This document shows, one piece after another, positions 40,280-50,429 of a stretch of DNA of 64,000 nucleotides. The stretch covers positions 1,440,001 through 1,504,000 of the forward strand of contig CBDBZU010000004.1 in assembly GCA_965213625.1 (NCBI GenBank). Direction: 5' to 3'. Below the pieces are notes generated by a model that did no database searches, was not told where the DNA came from, and worked only from the letters and a program-made list of their open reading frames with translations. The translations under genes and the position numbers were made by a program. Numbering within the stretch: position 1 is the first letter of the stretch; the number at the start of each line of letters is the position of its first letter. The stretch is from a bacterium (GTDB lineage Bacteria; UBA8248).

Positions 40280-41149
40280 GTGCCTTGGACTGAAAAGAAA
40301 CGCTGCGAGGTGCTGGGCCGCACCATGGCTTATGTAGAGATCGGCGAGGGCGACCCAATCGTCTTTCTACACGGGAACCCGACTTCCTCTTATCTTTGGC
40401 GCGGCGTCATTCCCCACCTCGCTTCACTTGGCCGCTGCATCGCGCCGGACCTGATCGGTATGGGCGATTCCGACAAGCTGGAGTGCAGCGGCCCGGGCCG
40501 CTACCGCTTTGTAGAGCACCGCCGCTTTCTCGACGCGCTTCTGGAGGCTTTGGGCGTCGTCGAGCGCGTCACGCTCATCATGCATGACTGGGGCTCGGCG
40601 CTTGGCTTCGACTGGGCCAACCGACACCGCGACGCCGTGGAGGGCCTCGCCTATATGGAGGCCATCGTGCAACCGCTCTCTTGGGCGCAATGGCCAGATG
40701 CGGCGGAGCGGGTCTTTCAGGGGTTCCGCTCGGAAAACGGCGAGTCCATGGTTTTGGAGAACAACGTGTTCGTCGAGCGCGTACTGCCCGGTTCGATCAA
40801 GCGAAAACTTTCCGAGGAGGAGATGGCCGAATATCGCCGCCCCTTCGCAAAACCCGGAGAAGGCCGCCGCCCGACCCTCACCTGGCCGCGCGAGATTCCC
40901 ATCGATGGCGAGCCTGCGGACGTGACCGAAATCGTCGGTAGTTACGCCGCCTGGCTTCGCGAATCTCCCGTTCCCAAGCTGTTCATTAACGCCGAGCCGG
41001 GCGCCATCCTCATAAGCGAGCAGCGCGAGTTCTGCCGCACCTGGCCGAATCAGACCGAAGTCACCGTGCCGGGGATCCACTTCATCCAGGAGGATTCTCC
41101 GGACGAAATCGGCCGTGCAATCGCCGAGTGGCTCGGTAAGCTTGACTGA
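40280..41149 (+). CDS. Haloalkane dehalogenase (alpha/beta hydrolase, DhaA/LinB type)
   Basis: [39 protein letters not shown]. Confidence 0.92.
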   Translation: MPWTEKKRCEVLGRTMAYVEIGEGDPIVFLHGNPTSSYLWRGVIPHLASLGRCIAPDLIGMGDSDKLECSGPGRYRFVEHRRFLDALLEALGVVERVTLIMHDWGSALGFDWANRHRDAVEGLAYMEAIVQPLSWAQWPDAAERVFQGFRSENGESMVLENNVFVERVLPGSIKRKLSEEEMAEYRRPFAKPGEGRRPTLTWPREIPIDGEPADVTEIVGSYAAWLRESPVPKLFINAEPGAILISEQREFCRTWPNQTEVTVPGIHFIQEDSPDEIGRAIAEWLGKLD

Positions 41150-41481
41150 GGTCTCTCCAGTCCTGAAATGTTATCGACTGTTGTATGTATCCTGGGCAAG
41201 TCATTCTAAATGAAGAGATTTTCACGATTATAGCGAAATTAGCTATCTTATAAGAAAACCATAAACTCTCTAACTTAGATATAAACTTCTTTTCCAGGTC
41301 CGATGCGCAATCGCCCTTTGGGTACCGGTTGCCCGCCTATTCCCCGTGCCACTACCCGAGGAACCCGTCTGCGTCCAAAAGAGAACACACGAGGTTTGTG
41401 ATAAGATCGATTGCGTCGCTTTTTATCATCCGTCGTGTGAAAGGTTCGTCGCCGGGTTTCTCTTTCGGGAGCCGCGAGAAG

Positions 41482-42957
41482 ATGTCTGCAAGAGCAGTCG
41501 CTGTGCTCATCATGTTGTTCATCGTTGCGGGTGAGTTCACCTACGCCTACGCGGGCCGCCCCAGGGGGCGGAGAAACCGCATCGTCACGGTTCAGGTGCA
41601 AGAAGTCGCAGTGGGCCGCCTGGGCAGGCGCGTGGCGGCCACGGGAACCTTGCTGGCCCAAAGCGAAGTGAAGCTCATGTCCCGCGCCGAGGGTCAGGTG
41701 CGTGAAGTTCTGGTGCGTGAGGGCGCTCCGGTAAAGAAGGGGCAAATCCTCTCGCGTCTTGATTCCACCATCAAACGGATAGACTTGAAGCTGGCGCAGA
41801 GCGAACTCGCCGCCGCGCGTTCGAACCTCCAAAGACTCAAGGCCGGTAGCAGGCCGGAGGAAATCGCCGCTGCCGCAGCCGCCGTCGCGCAGGCGGAGGC
41901 GACGCGCAAGCGCAGCGAGGCGGAACTCACCTCCGCTCTCGCCAGACAGGAGGAGGCGGAGGCCAACGCGCGTTCTCTGGGCTCCTTGCACCAAAAGGGC
42001 GTCATCAGCGAGCGGGAGTGGCGCAAGGCGACGACGGAAGCGAATCGCGCCCGAGCGGACGTTGCCGAGCGCCGGGCGCGTCTCGCGGAGGATGCCGCCC
42101 GCGTGCAGGTTGCAAAGGAAAAGCTCAAGCTGGTGAAAATCGGCGCGCGCGTGGAAGAAGTCGACATGGCGCAGGCGCAGGTAAGCCAGCGTATGCAGTG
42201 GGTAAGGCGGTTAAAGGTCGAGGTGGAATACTACACTGTCCGCGCGCCCATATCGGGCGTCGTCACCGATAGGAGAATCGAACCCGGAGACCTGGCGGTG
42301 AACCGGGCGCACCTGTTCACCATCGCCCAGACGGACACGCTGCGCGCCCGGGTGCGGGTGAGTGAACTGGATCTGCCGCTCATCAAGATAGGCCAGGGCG
42401 CGCGGGTCGAACTCGACGCCTATCGGAACCGTTCGTTCTCGGGGAAGCTGACGCGGATTTTCCCGAGTGTGGACCCGAGTTCGCGCCAGCTCATCGTGGA
42501 GGTGGACGTTCAAAACCCGGATTCCTCTTTAAGGCCCGGTCTTCTCGCCCGCGTGAAGTTCGATCCCCTGTTGGGCAGGCGCTCGATCAATCTGCCGGTT
42601 CACGCCGTGATCTGGGACGGGGACTTGCGCACGAAGTCGGGAGCGGTCTTCGTCGTGAGAAGGATCCAGCGGGGAGCGGGGAGCGGTGGCCGCGCAAGAA
42701 GAGGTGATGCGCGCGGGGGCGGGCAGGGCGGCCCCGGCATGAGAGGCGGTGCGCGCAGGGGAATGGCCGAAGCGAGCGGACGCGGCGCGGGGAGGAGCGG
42801 TCCACGCTTCATGGCGGTGCGCCGCGAGGTGCGCCTGGGCGAGATGATCGACGGGCGTATCGAGATACTCGAGGGTCTGCGAGTGGGTGAGCGGGTGGTG
42901 GTGAGCGCCATCAACCAGCTAAGGGACAGACGGCCCATTCGGGTCGTTGGGCCTTAA
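41482..42957 (+). CDS. RND efflux periplasmic adaptor with Gly/Arg-rich insert
   Basis: VREGAPVKKGQIL, long helical hairpin, VRAPISGVV, LRPGLLA, GLRVGERVV. Confidence 0.88.
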   Translation: MSARAVAVLIMLFIVAGEFTYAYAGRPRGRRNRIVTVQVQEVAVGRLGRRVAATGTLLAQSEVKLMSRAEGQVREVLVREGAPVKKGQILSRLDSTIKRIDLKLAQSELAAARSNLQRLKAGSRPEEIAAAAAAVAQAEATRKRSEAELTSALARQEEAEANARSLGSLHQKGVISEREWRKATTEANRARADVAERRARLAEDAARVQVAKEKLKLVKIGARVEEVDMAQAQVSQRMQWVRRLKVEVEYYTVRAPISGVVTDRRIEPGDLAVNRAHLFTIAQTDTLRARVRVSELDLPLIKIGQGARVELDAYRNRSFSGKLTRIFPSVDPSSRQLIVEVDVQNPDSSLRPGLLARVKFDPLLGRRSINLPVHAVIWDGDLRTKSGAVFVVRRIQRGAGSGGRARRGDARGGGQGGPGMRGGARRGMAEASGRGAGRSGPRFMAVRREVRLGEMIDGRIEILEGLRVGERVVVSAINQLRDRRPIRVVGP

Positions 42958-42975
42958 GATTACAGGAGTGGCCCC

Positions 42976-45900
42976 GTGCTGAGTCGAAGCTGCATCCGAA
43001 GGCCCGTGGGAACCATCATGGGCGTGGTGTGTGCGCTGGTGCTCGGCTTTTTTGCGCTCACGCGACTGCCTGTCGATTTCCTGCCCAGAATCGTCTATCC
43101 GCGAATATTCATAGGGATAGACTTCGAGGGGGCCGACCCCAAAGTGGTCGAGGAGCAGGTGACCAAGGTGGTGGAGCGCGAACTCGCGACCACGCAGGGG
43201 GTGGTGCGCATTTTCTCGATCAGCCGCGAGGGCGCCGCGCGCTTGTGGATGTTCTTCGATTTCGACCGAGACATCGATCTCGCGCTCCAGGACGCCATCA
43301 CCAAATTCAACGTCGCCAGAAGAAACCTGCCGCAGGAGATACAGGATCAGCTACAGAACACGCGCATCTTCAAGTCCGACCCGGCGCAGGTGCCCATCAT
43401 CGAATACGCGCTGTCTTCCAAAACCCTCAAAGGTCCGCAGCTTCAGACCTGGGCGCGAAAGGTGCTCATCCCCCAGCTCATGACCGTCCCCGGTATCGCT
43501 TCGGTGGAGGCGTTCGGGGGCCAGGACGAGGAGGTGCAGGTGCTCGTCGATCTGCCGAGGATGCAGGGTCTGGGTCTCGACCTGCCCGCGGTCTTGAGGC
43601 GGATGCGCTCCGAGAATATGGACCTGGCCGCCGGACGGGTGAAAACCGCCCACCGGGAGTATTCGAGCCGGACGGCGGGCAAGCTCAAGAGCGCGGGGGA
43701 GCTTTCGCGCCTCATCTTCCCCACCAGGGACGGCCGCAGAGTCTATCTGCGTGATTTCGCAAAAGTTCACGACGCCGGCAAGGAGCGGCGCATATTCGTG
43801 TGGCTGAACGGCGATGAGAGCGTCAAGGTGGTGGCTCTGAAGCAGCCCGACGCGAACACGGTCTCCGTCGTGGACGGTCTCAGCGATAGACTCGCCTTCC
43901 TGACGCGCTACGGCATCGTTCCGCCCGACATCACCCTCGTTCCGATTTCGGATCAGAGTTTCTTCATCCGCGCCTCGATCAAGAATGTCCTCTCCTCCGC
44001 CTTGGTGGGCGGCACTTTGGCGATACTGGTGGTGCTCTGCTTCCTGGGGAGTCTCAGGCGCACACTGATCATCGGCCTGGCGATCCCGATCGCTTCGGTC
44101 TTCACGTTTTTTCTCATGTGGGTGCTCGGCTTCACCTTCAACATATTCAGTCTGGGCGGGGTGGCGCTCGGCGTCGGGATGCTCGTGGATAACGCCATCG
44201 TCATGCTCGAGAACATTTCGCGCCATCAGGCGGGAGGCGGTGACCCCGTGGAGTCGGCGGAGAGTGGCTCCGCCGAGGTGGAGAGCGCCATGTTGGCTTC
44301 CACGTTCACGAACGTGGCCGCCGTGATGCCGTTTTTGCTGGTATCAGGCTACGTGGCGTTGCTGTTCCGCGAGTTGATACTCACCATCACGCTGGCGTTC
44401 ATTTGCAGCCTCATGGTCGGTCTCACGGTCGTGGCCATGCTCTCCGCCCGGCTCCTGCAGGTCCCGATGAGCAGCGGCTTCAGCCGCTTTCCACTTTTCC
44501 GCCTATTCATCTGGTTCATCGATCTGCTCAACCGGATCTATCGTTATCTCTTAAGGCCGGTTCTCACTCTCCGCTGGGTGGTCATCATCCTCGCCCTGGC
44601 CGTCTGCGCGAGCAGCTACATGCTCATCGGCAAGCTGGGCAATGAACTCCTGCCCCAGGTGGACGATGGGCGTATCTCGGTGGATATCCGCTTCTCTCCC
44701 GGCGGCACCTTGGAATACACCAAACAGGTGACGCGCGAGATTCACGACATGCTCGTGCGCGACCCCGCCGTCGACAAAGTGTTCGCCACGGCGGGAGGGC
44801 GTCTTTTCGGGCGCAATTTCTCGCCCTCCGCCACGAGGGGCAGAATCGATGTGACACTCAAAGACGGCGTGAGCGTTTTCGAATACCTCAGAAAGCTGAG
44901 ACCCCGGCTCACGCGGATGACGTATCCAGACGCGCGTATTTATGCCTTCAAGAGCCGGGTGCGCGGCCTTCGCACCTCCAATACACGCCACAACAAGAGT
45001 TTTTCCCTGGGCGTCCGGGGAGAGGATCTGCCTACGATCAACCGCATTGCCGAAGAAGTCGTAGAGAAGCTCCAGGGGGTGGATGGGCTTCACAACGTGC
45101 AGATGACCGAGGACAGGCCCCGGCCCGAGTTCCGCATCCAGGTGAACAGGGAGCGCGCGGCGGAACTCGGCCTCTCGGTCGAGGACGTGGGCGACACCGT
45201 GGCCACGGCGGTCGATGGCTCCATCGCCACCTTCATCAACCGGGTGGATACGCGCGTGCCTGTGCGGGTCAAGTTCTCGGACACCGAGATAAAAAGCGAG
45301 CAGGATCTGGCGCAACTGCCCCTGTTTCCCCAGAACCAGAACGGGCGCGCCACGCGCTTGAACCACGTGGCGCACATTCGCTACGGACAGGGCAGTTCGG
45401 TCATTACCCGCACGGATCAGAACCGCCACCTCCAGATAACGGGTGACATCCAGGGCCGTTCGCTGGGCGACGTGAGCGCGGACGTGCGCGCACGCTTGAA
45501 AGGCATCAACGTACCGAGGGGCTACTTCATCCTGCCCGGCGAGGATGAGGAGAACCTGAAGAAATCGAACCGCGAGCTTCTTATCCTGGCGCTTCTCGCG
45601 ATATTTTTGGTCTACACGGTGCTGGCCGTCCAGTACGACTCGCTCGTGAATCCCTTGGTCATCATCTTCGCCGTTCCGCCGGCGCTCACCGGCGCGCTGC
45701 TTGGCCTCTATCTCACGAAGACGCCCTTCGGCTCAACGGTGCTCATCGGCGTCATACTCCTGGTGGGCATCGTGGTGAACAACTCCATCGTCATGATCGA
45801 CTACGTCGAACGCCTGAGAGAACGCGGAATGGATATCAGAGAAGCCATCATCGAGGGAGCATCGACGAGGCTGCGCCCGATTCTCATGACCACACTGACA

Positions 45901-46116
45901 ACCATCATCGCGCTCACGCCTCTGGCGAGCGGCTGGGGGAAGGGCTCGGAAATGCTCAAGCCCTTAGGCCTCGTCGTGTTGAGCGGGCTCTCCCTATCCA
46001 CCCTGTTCACGCTCTTTCTCGTGCCCTGCATCTATCTTGCGGCCCAGAATTTCGTGCGCTCTCTCCGGCGCGCCGTGGGTCTGCGCGAGACGAAATACAC
46101 CGCACCCGCCGCATAG
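42976..46116 (+). CDS. RND efflux permease (AcrB/MdtBC family)
   Basis: IRRPVGT, GMLVDNAIV..EN, RLRPILMTT; 1046 aa. Confidence 0.95.
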   Translation: MLSRSCIRRPVGTIMGVVCALVLGFFALTRLPVDFLPRIVYPRIFIGIDFEGADPKVVEEQVTKVVERELATTQGVVRIFSISREGAARLWMFFDFDRDIDLALQDAITKFNVARRNLPQEIQDQLQNTRIFKSDPAQVPIIEYALSSKTLKGPQLQTWARKVLIPQLMTVPGIASVEAFGGQDEEVQVLVDLPRMQGLGLDLPAVLRRMRSENMDLAAGRVKTAHREYSSRTAGKLKSAGELSRLIFPTRDGRRVYLRDFAKVHDAGKERRIFVWLNGDESVKVVALKQPDANTVSVVDGLSDRLAFLTRYGIVPPDITLVPISDQSFFIRASIKNVLSSALVGGTLAILVVLCFLGSLRRTLIIGLAIPIASVFTFFLMWVLGFTFNIFSLGGVALGVGMLVDNAIVMLENISRHQAGGGDPVESAESGSAEVESAMLASTFTNVAAVMPFLLVSGYVALLFRELILTITLAFICSLMVGLTVVAMLSARLLQVPMSSGFSRFPLFRLFIWFIDLLNRIYRYLLRPVLTLRWVVIILALAVCASSYMLIGKLGNELLPQVDDGRISVDIRFSPGGTLEYTKQVTREIHDMLVRDPAVDKVFATAGGRLFGRNFSPSATRGRIDVTLKDGVSVFEYLRKLRPRLTRMTYPDARIYAFKSRVRGLRTSNTRHNKSFSLGVRGEDLPTINRIAEEVVEKLQGVDGLHNVQMTEDRPRPEFRIQVNRERAAELGLSVEDVGDTVATAVDGSIATFINRVDTRVPVRVKFSDTEIKSEQDLAQLPLFPQNQNGRATRLNHVAHIRYGQGSSVITRTDQNRHLQITGDIQGRSLGDVSADVRARLKGINVPRGYFILPGEDEENLKKSNRELLILALLAIFLVYTVLAVQYDSLVNPLVIIFAVPPALTGALLGLYLTKTPFGSTVLIGVILLVGIVVNNSIVMIDYVERLRERGMDIREAIIEGASTRLRPILMTTLTTIIALTPLASGWGKGSEMLKPLGLVVLSGLSLSTLFTLFLVPCIYLAAQNFVRSLRRAVGLRETKYTAPAA

Positions 46117-46220
46117 GTCCAGGCTCAAAACGGTCTGGGCCACCTCTCTGGATTTGCGCGGGAAATCCCCGTAGTATCCCCTCCGTCTGAAAGCTGGTTA
46201 TTTTGCAATAGGGAGAGAAC

Positions 46221-46958
46221 ATGGCAAGGAAAGGAATGGGCGAAATGGTGCGCGCGGACGGCAGGCTTCCAGATGAGAACCGGAAAATCCGCGTCGAGCC
46301 CGATTACGTAAATACCTGCGCGGGAAGCTGCCTCATCTCGGTGGGAGATACGAGGGTCCTGTGCGCGGCTTCGGTGGAAGGGCGCGTGCCGCCCCACAAG
46401 CGCGATTCGGGCGAGGGTTGGGTGACGGCGGAATACGCTATGCTGCCGGGCAGTTCCCCCTGGCGGGTGGATAGAAAACGCGCACGAGCGGGCCGCAGCC
46501 AGGAGATACAGCGCTTGATCGGGCGTTCGATGCGCTCGATAGTCGACCTCTCGAAAATCGAGGGGCTGACGATTTACATCGACTGCGATGTCATACAAGC
46601 CGACGGCGGCACGCGGTGCGCCGCCATCACGGGGGGCTACGTGGCGCTTGCGCACGCGGTGAACACCCTGCTCGCGGAGGAGCGTATCGACGAATCGCCT
46701 ATCCGCGAAGCGGTGGCCGCGGTGAGCGTCGGCGTGGTCGGGGGCGTCCCCATGCTGGATCTGGATTACTCGGAGGATTCGACCGCCGAGGTGGACATGA
46801 ACGTCGTGATGACCGGCGGCGGCCGCTTCGTGGAGCTTCAGGGAACGGCCGAGCAGACCCCGTTCCGCAAGAGCGATCTGAGCCGCTTAATCGCCCTGGC
46901 GGAAAAAGGCATCGGCGAACTCCTGGAGATTCAGGTGAATCACGTCGGCGCGAAATGA
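46221..46958 (+). CDS. rph: Ribonuclease PH
   Basis: GWVTAEYAMLP, EIQRLIGRS, QADGGTR, DLDYSED, ELQGTAE. Confidence 0.97.
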   Translation: MARKGMGEMVRADGRLPDENRKIRVEPDYVNTCAGSCLISVGDTRVLCAASVEGRVPPHKRDSGEGWVTAEYAMLPGSSPWRVDRKRARAGRSQEIQRLIGRSMRSIVDLSKIEGLTIYIDCDVIQADGGTRCAAITGGYVALAHAVNTLLAEERIDESPIREAVAAVSVGVVGGVPMLDLDYSEDSTAEVDMNVVMTGGGRFVELQGTAEQTPFRKSDLSRLIALAEKGIGELLEIQVNHVGAK

Positions 46959-47557
46959 AGATCGTTCTCGCGAGTGGAAATCCCGGAAAAGCGCGCGAGG
47001 TGCGCGCCGCCCTTGAGGGTTTGGACGTCGAGTTGTTAAGCCCTGATGAGGCGGGTATCGAATTCGACGTTGAAGAGACCGGCTCCACCTACGCGGAAAA
47101 CGCGCTCATCAAGGCGCGGGCCGCGTGCGAGGCGAGCGGCTTGTCCGCCCTGGCCGATGATTCGGGCGTCGAAGTGGATGCGCTGCCCGGTGAGTTGGGA
47201 GTACGTTCCGCGCGCTTCGGCGGCGAGGGGCTGGATGATTCTGGGCGTAACGCGCTCTTGCTCGAAAGGATGCGCGAGGTTGCGGATGCAGAGCGAGGTG
47301 CTCGCTACGCCTGCGTGCTGGCTTTCGTTAAGCCGGATGGCTGGTTCGGTTTTTTCGAGGGCGCGATGCACGGGCGAATACTGCGTGCGCCTAAGGGGGA
47401 GGGTGGATTCGGCTACGATCCGCTCATGTATCTGCCCGAGCACGGCTGCGCCGTCTCGGAGCTTCCGCTCGATGTGAAAAACCGCATCAGCCACCGGGGA
47501 ATCGCGCTTGCGGAATTCCGCGGGTGGCTGGCCCGCGAGGCGGCGGATGAGTCATAA
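46955..47557 (+). CDS. rdgB: Non-canonical purine NTP pyrophosphatase
   Basis: ASGNPGK, ENALIKA, ADDSG, GFGYDP, KNRISHR; ATGA overlap with rph. Confidence 0.95.
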   Translation: MKIVLASGNPGKAREVRAALEGLDVELLSPDEAGIEFDVEETGSTYAENALIKARAACEASGLSALADDSGVEVDALPGELGVRSARFGGEGLDDSGRNALLLERMREVADAERGARYACVLAFVKPDGWFGFFEGAMHGRILRAPKGEGGFGYDPLMYLPEHGCAVSELPLDVKNRISHRGIALAEFRGWLAREAADES

Positions 47558-47665
47558 TAGAGGGACGAGAAGAAAATGCGGCTGCTCTTCACCGGTGGTG
47601 AAGATGGCCGATGATAAACAAGGTGCCCATGATTTCATGGAGCGCGCGGAAAGGAGAAAACAGGT

Positions 47666-48343
47666 ATGTCCAGGATCGAGATGATTCAGCCCGAAGAAGC
47701 GGATGCCGACGTGGCCCGCTTCTACGAGGCTACCACCGCCATGCTGGGCCGTGTCCCGCATTCGATGCGGGTGCTGGCGAAGACTCCCCACATCGCCAAG
47801 GCCATGCTGCCCTTCGTGGCGACGCTTCAGCGCGAGGGTGGGGGCAGCGTGCTCACGTCCAAGGTAAAGGAGATGGTGGTCATCAAGACGAGCCATCTTA
47901 ACGGGTGCGCATACTGATACGCGCACAACACGTCGCTTGGTCAAGCGGCTGGTATCACCCCCGAGCAAGTGGAAGTTATCGGCACCGATGGCTACATGGA
48001 ATCGGATTTGTTCACCTCGCGCGAAAAAGCGGCCATCCTGTGGGCGGAGCACGTAACGCTCAACACCGCGCGTTCGAGAGACGACGTGTTCGAGGAAGTG
48101 CGAAAACACTTCTCCGAAGCCGAGATCGTCGAACTCACGATGGTGAGCGGACTGTTCAACCTCTTTAACCGCTACATGGATTCGCTCGGCATCCCGCTCG
48201 AAGAGCAGCGTGAGGTCGACAAGATCAAGAAATCTCTCCATTTGGACGGCGGGAAGGTCAAAACCTACTACAAGACGATGGTCGATCACTGGCCGAACGA
48301 GTATCCCGAACCAGACGCCCAGGACCCGAACAAAAACGGCTGA
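47666..48343 (+). CDS. AhpD/carboxymuconolactone-decarboxylase-family probable selenoprotein (CxxU), 225 aa
   Basis: Track ORFs 47666-47917 and 47969-48343 share a frame with only TGA 47915-47917 between them; reads E...IKTSHLNGCAY-U-YAH, with U at the second Cys of the AhpD CxxC motif; AAGGAG RBS. Confidence 0.85.
47915..47957 (+). promoter_or_regulatory. Bacterial SECIS-like hairpin
   Basis: Upper stem GTCGCTT/AAGCGGC with loop GGTC 21 nt after UGA; lower stem TGATAC/GTATCA. Confidence 0.7.
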
Positions 48344-48358
48344 TACATATAGCAAATC

Positions 48359-48395
48359 AAGACCGCCTCGGGGCGTCGGCTCCGGGGCGGTTTTT
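48359..48395 (+). terminator. Rho-independent terminator
   Basis: AAGACCGCCTCGGGGC-GTCG-GCTCCGGGGCGG followed by TTTTT, just after the CMD gene. Confidence 0.7.
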
Positions 48396-48536
48396 GGTTG
48401 GGGGCTTCCGCATCGCGTGACGCGGGTTTCGGCCACATTCCTATTTTTGCCCCTGCTGGATATCATCCGCTCGAATCGACATAATATGTCCGTTCGCTGC
48501 TGCAGGATGTGACCCCTCCATTACCGAGGATTCCGC

Positions 48537-49001
48537 ATGAAGTGCATCGTCTGTGCCATTGCAGTGCTTGCCACCGTTGTCTCCGCAAGCGCCGAGACGA
48601 ACGTGGAAAGCGTGTTCAACTGCCAGGTGAGCTACACCATCCTGAACGGCTACAAGGTGGAGCAGAAGGTGCGCATCACCTTGCCGGCCGACAAGCGCGA
48701 CTTGGCTGTCTGGCTGGTGGAGCGCAAAAAAGGCGAGTTCAAGAAGCTGGCTTATCCAATAGGAGGCGAGGGAGAACTCCTCATCACGCGGCCCTTTAAC
48801 AAGGAGAAATCCGTCACCTACCCATTCATCCTCACCTGGCAGCCCTTCGGCCGCTTCCGCCTTACGGGGTTTTTCCTGTCGAGGAGGCATTCCCACACCG
48901 TCGTGGTGCGTGATGAGAAGGAGAAGCGGATCATCGAGATATTCCCCGCCTTTCCGGCCCACATCGCCACCAAGCTCGCGCGCGGGGAGTGTGAGAAGTA
49001 A
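48537..49001 (+). CDS. Hypothetical secreted protein
   Basis: GAGGA RBS, signal peptide ending ASA-E, host-like codon usage. Confidence 0.7.
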   Translation: MKCIVCAIAVLATVVSASAETNVESVFNCQVSYTILNGYKVEQKVRITLPADKRDLAVWLVERKKGEFKKLAYPIGGEGELLITRPFNKEKSVTYPFILTWQPFGRFRLTGFFLSRRHSHTVVVRDEKEKRIIEIFPAFPAHIATKLARGECEK

Positions 49002-49014
49002 AGGAGAAACACAG

Positions 49015-49332
49015 GTGTTCAAAAGAGTCGTCCATCCTGGCGAGATTTTGAAGGATGAATTGACGGAACTCGGCGTCACGCCCACCGAATTCGCGCGCCA
49101 GATCGACGTACTACCCAACCGGGTGAGCCAGATTATCAATGGCAAGCGTTCGATCACCGGCGATCCGGCCCTGCGCTTCGGTCACTGGTTCGGCGTCGAG
49201 CCCGAATTCTGGCTGAACCTGCAGGCCCATTTCGAACTTGCCTGCGCCGAGGAAGAATCAGGCGATGATGTCCGCCGTCTGCCTACGAGGGAGAACCCAC
49301 CGCCTAGGGCCGCATTGCCAAAAGCGATTTAA
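49015..49332 (+). CDS. higA: HigA/VapI-family antitoxin (orphan)
   Basis: VHPGEILKDEL, RVSQIINGKRSIT, FWLNLQ; GTG start after AAGGAG. Confidence 0.88.
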   Translation: MFKRVVHPGEILKDELTELGVTPTEFARQIDVLPNRVSQIINGKRSITGDPALRFGHWFGVEPEFWLNLQAHFELACAEEESGDDVRRLPTRENPPPRAALPKAI

Positions 49333-49432
49333 TAAAGACGATTGTCGTCGGGATCGAACCAGCATTTTACCTCGGCGGGGTTCCATGACTTCTCACCCAT
49401 ACCCGATTTCTATCCGCGCTAATCCTCTGTTT

Positions 49433-50290
49433 CTACAAATAACACTTGAGCAACCTGATGCTCCTCTCCGCCGCAACCCGGAAGGCGGGTTTCTGGTCAA
49501 TCTGCACCGATAGCACGCCCTCGTAGTCGATTTCCCTGAGCGCGCGGATGAAGTCACCGAAGTGGATGTGGGCCGAACCCGGATAGCCGCGCGTGGAATC
49601 GGCCACGTGCACGTATTCTATCCAATCGCGAGCGGCGAAGATGGCCCCGGGGATGGAGGCGTCCTCGGAATTCATCCAGCAACTGTCGATCATGAGGGCG
49701 AGGCCGGCGTGATTCTCCTCCTTCACGTATTCCATTCCCTGGCGCACGGTGTTGATGAAGTTCGTCTCGTAGCGGTTGTAGGGTTCGATGTAGATCTTCA
49801 TGCCGCGCTCTGCGGCATAGTCCGCTCCTGCGGTCATCGCGTCGCGCATCCAGCCGTTCGAGATTTCCCACATCTCGCCGGGGATGCACGTGCCGCGGAA
49901 CCGGCCGATGTTCACGCCCAAGGCGCCGAGTTTCTCGCCCGCATCGATCAGCGAGCGCAGCCGGGCGGCGCCCGCTTCCCGGACTTCGGCGTCCGGGTGG
50001 CACATCATCACCCCGTCCTGAAGCTCGCTGGGGGCCGAACCTATCATCGTCACCGAAAAGCCCGAGCGTGCGATTTCCGCCTCCACCCCCTGTGCGTCGG
50101 GGTCCTCGGGGTCGCGCATGGCGACCTCCAAAGTGTCGTAGCCCAATTCCTTGAGGACGCCCAGGTTTTCTCCGAAATCCCCGCGCACGCCCGGCATCAG
50201 GGGCGAGCGCACCTCGGGCGTGGTGATGACGTAGCCCACGCTCATGCGGCTGGGTTCAGAGTATTCGGCAGGGTAAAGGGATATCGGCAT
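49433..50290 (-). CDS. Sugar-phosphate isomerase/epimerase (xylose-isomerase-like TIM barrel)
   Basis: IEPYNRYETNFINT, HVADSTRGYPGSAHIHF, IDYEG. Confidence 0.85.
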   Translation of the reverse strand: MPISLYPAEYSEPSRMSVGYVITTPEVRSPLMPGVRGDFGENLGVLKELGYDTLEVAMRDPEDPDAQGVEAEIARSGFSVTMIGSAPSELQDGVMMCHPDAEVREAGAARLRSLIDAGEKLGALGVNIGRFRGTCIPGEMWEISNGWMRDAMTAGADYAAERGMKIYIEPYNRYETNFINTVRQGMEYVKEENHAGLALMIDSCWMNSEDASIPGAIFAARDWIEYVHVADSTRGYPGSAHIHFGDFIRALREIDYEGVLSVQIDQKPAFRVAAERSIRLLKCYL

Positions 50291-50399
50291 TTTCGTATGT
50301 CTCCAAGGTAGAAATATCTCGTAAATATTCTGGGAGATTACGGCCACGAGCGCATCTTGTCGAGCGGAGCAGGGGGGATTGTTGATAGAGAAAATGCGA

Positions 50400-50423
50400 A
50401 GGCCCCCCGAGGACGGGGGGCCT
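50400..50423 (-). terminator. Hairpin after the permease gene
   Basis: AGGCCCCCCG-4 nt loop-CGGGGGGCCT perfect stem directly downstream of the stop. Confidence 0.5.
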
Positions 50424-50429
50424 GAAGCC

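Noticed and set aside
47666-48343. Alternative genetic code (UGA=Trp/Gly) or two separate genes
   Set aside because: TGA ends many genes in this window (e.g. tatA, moeA, rph), and this TGA falls on a catalytic Cys position followed by a SECIS-like hairpin
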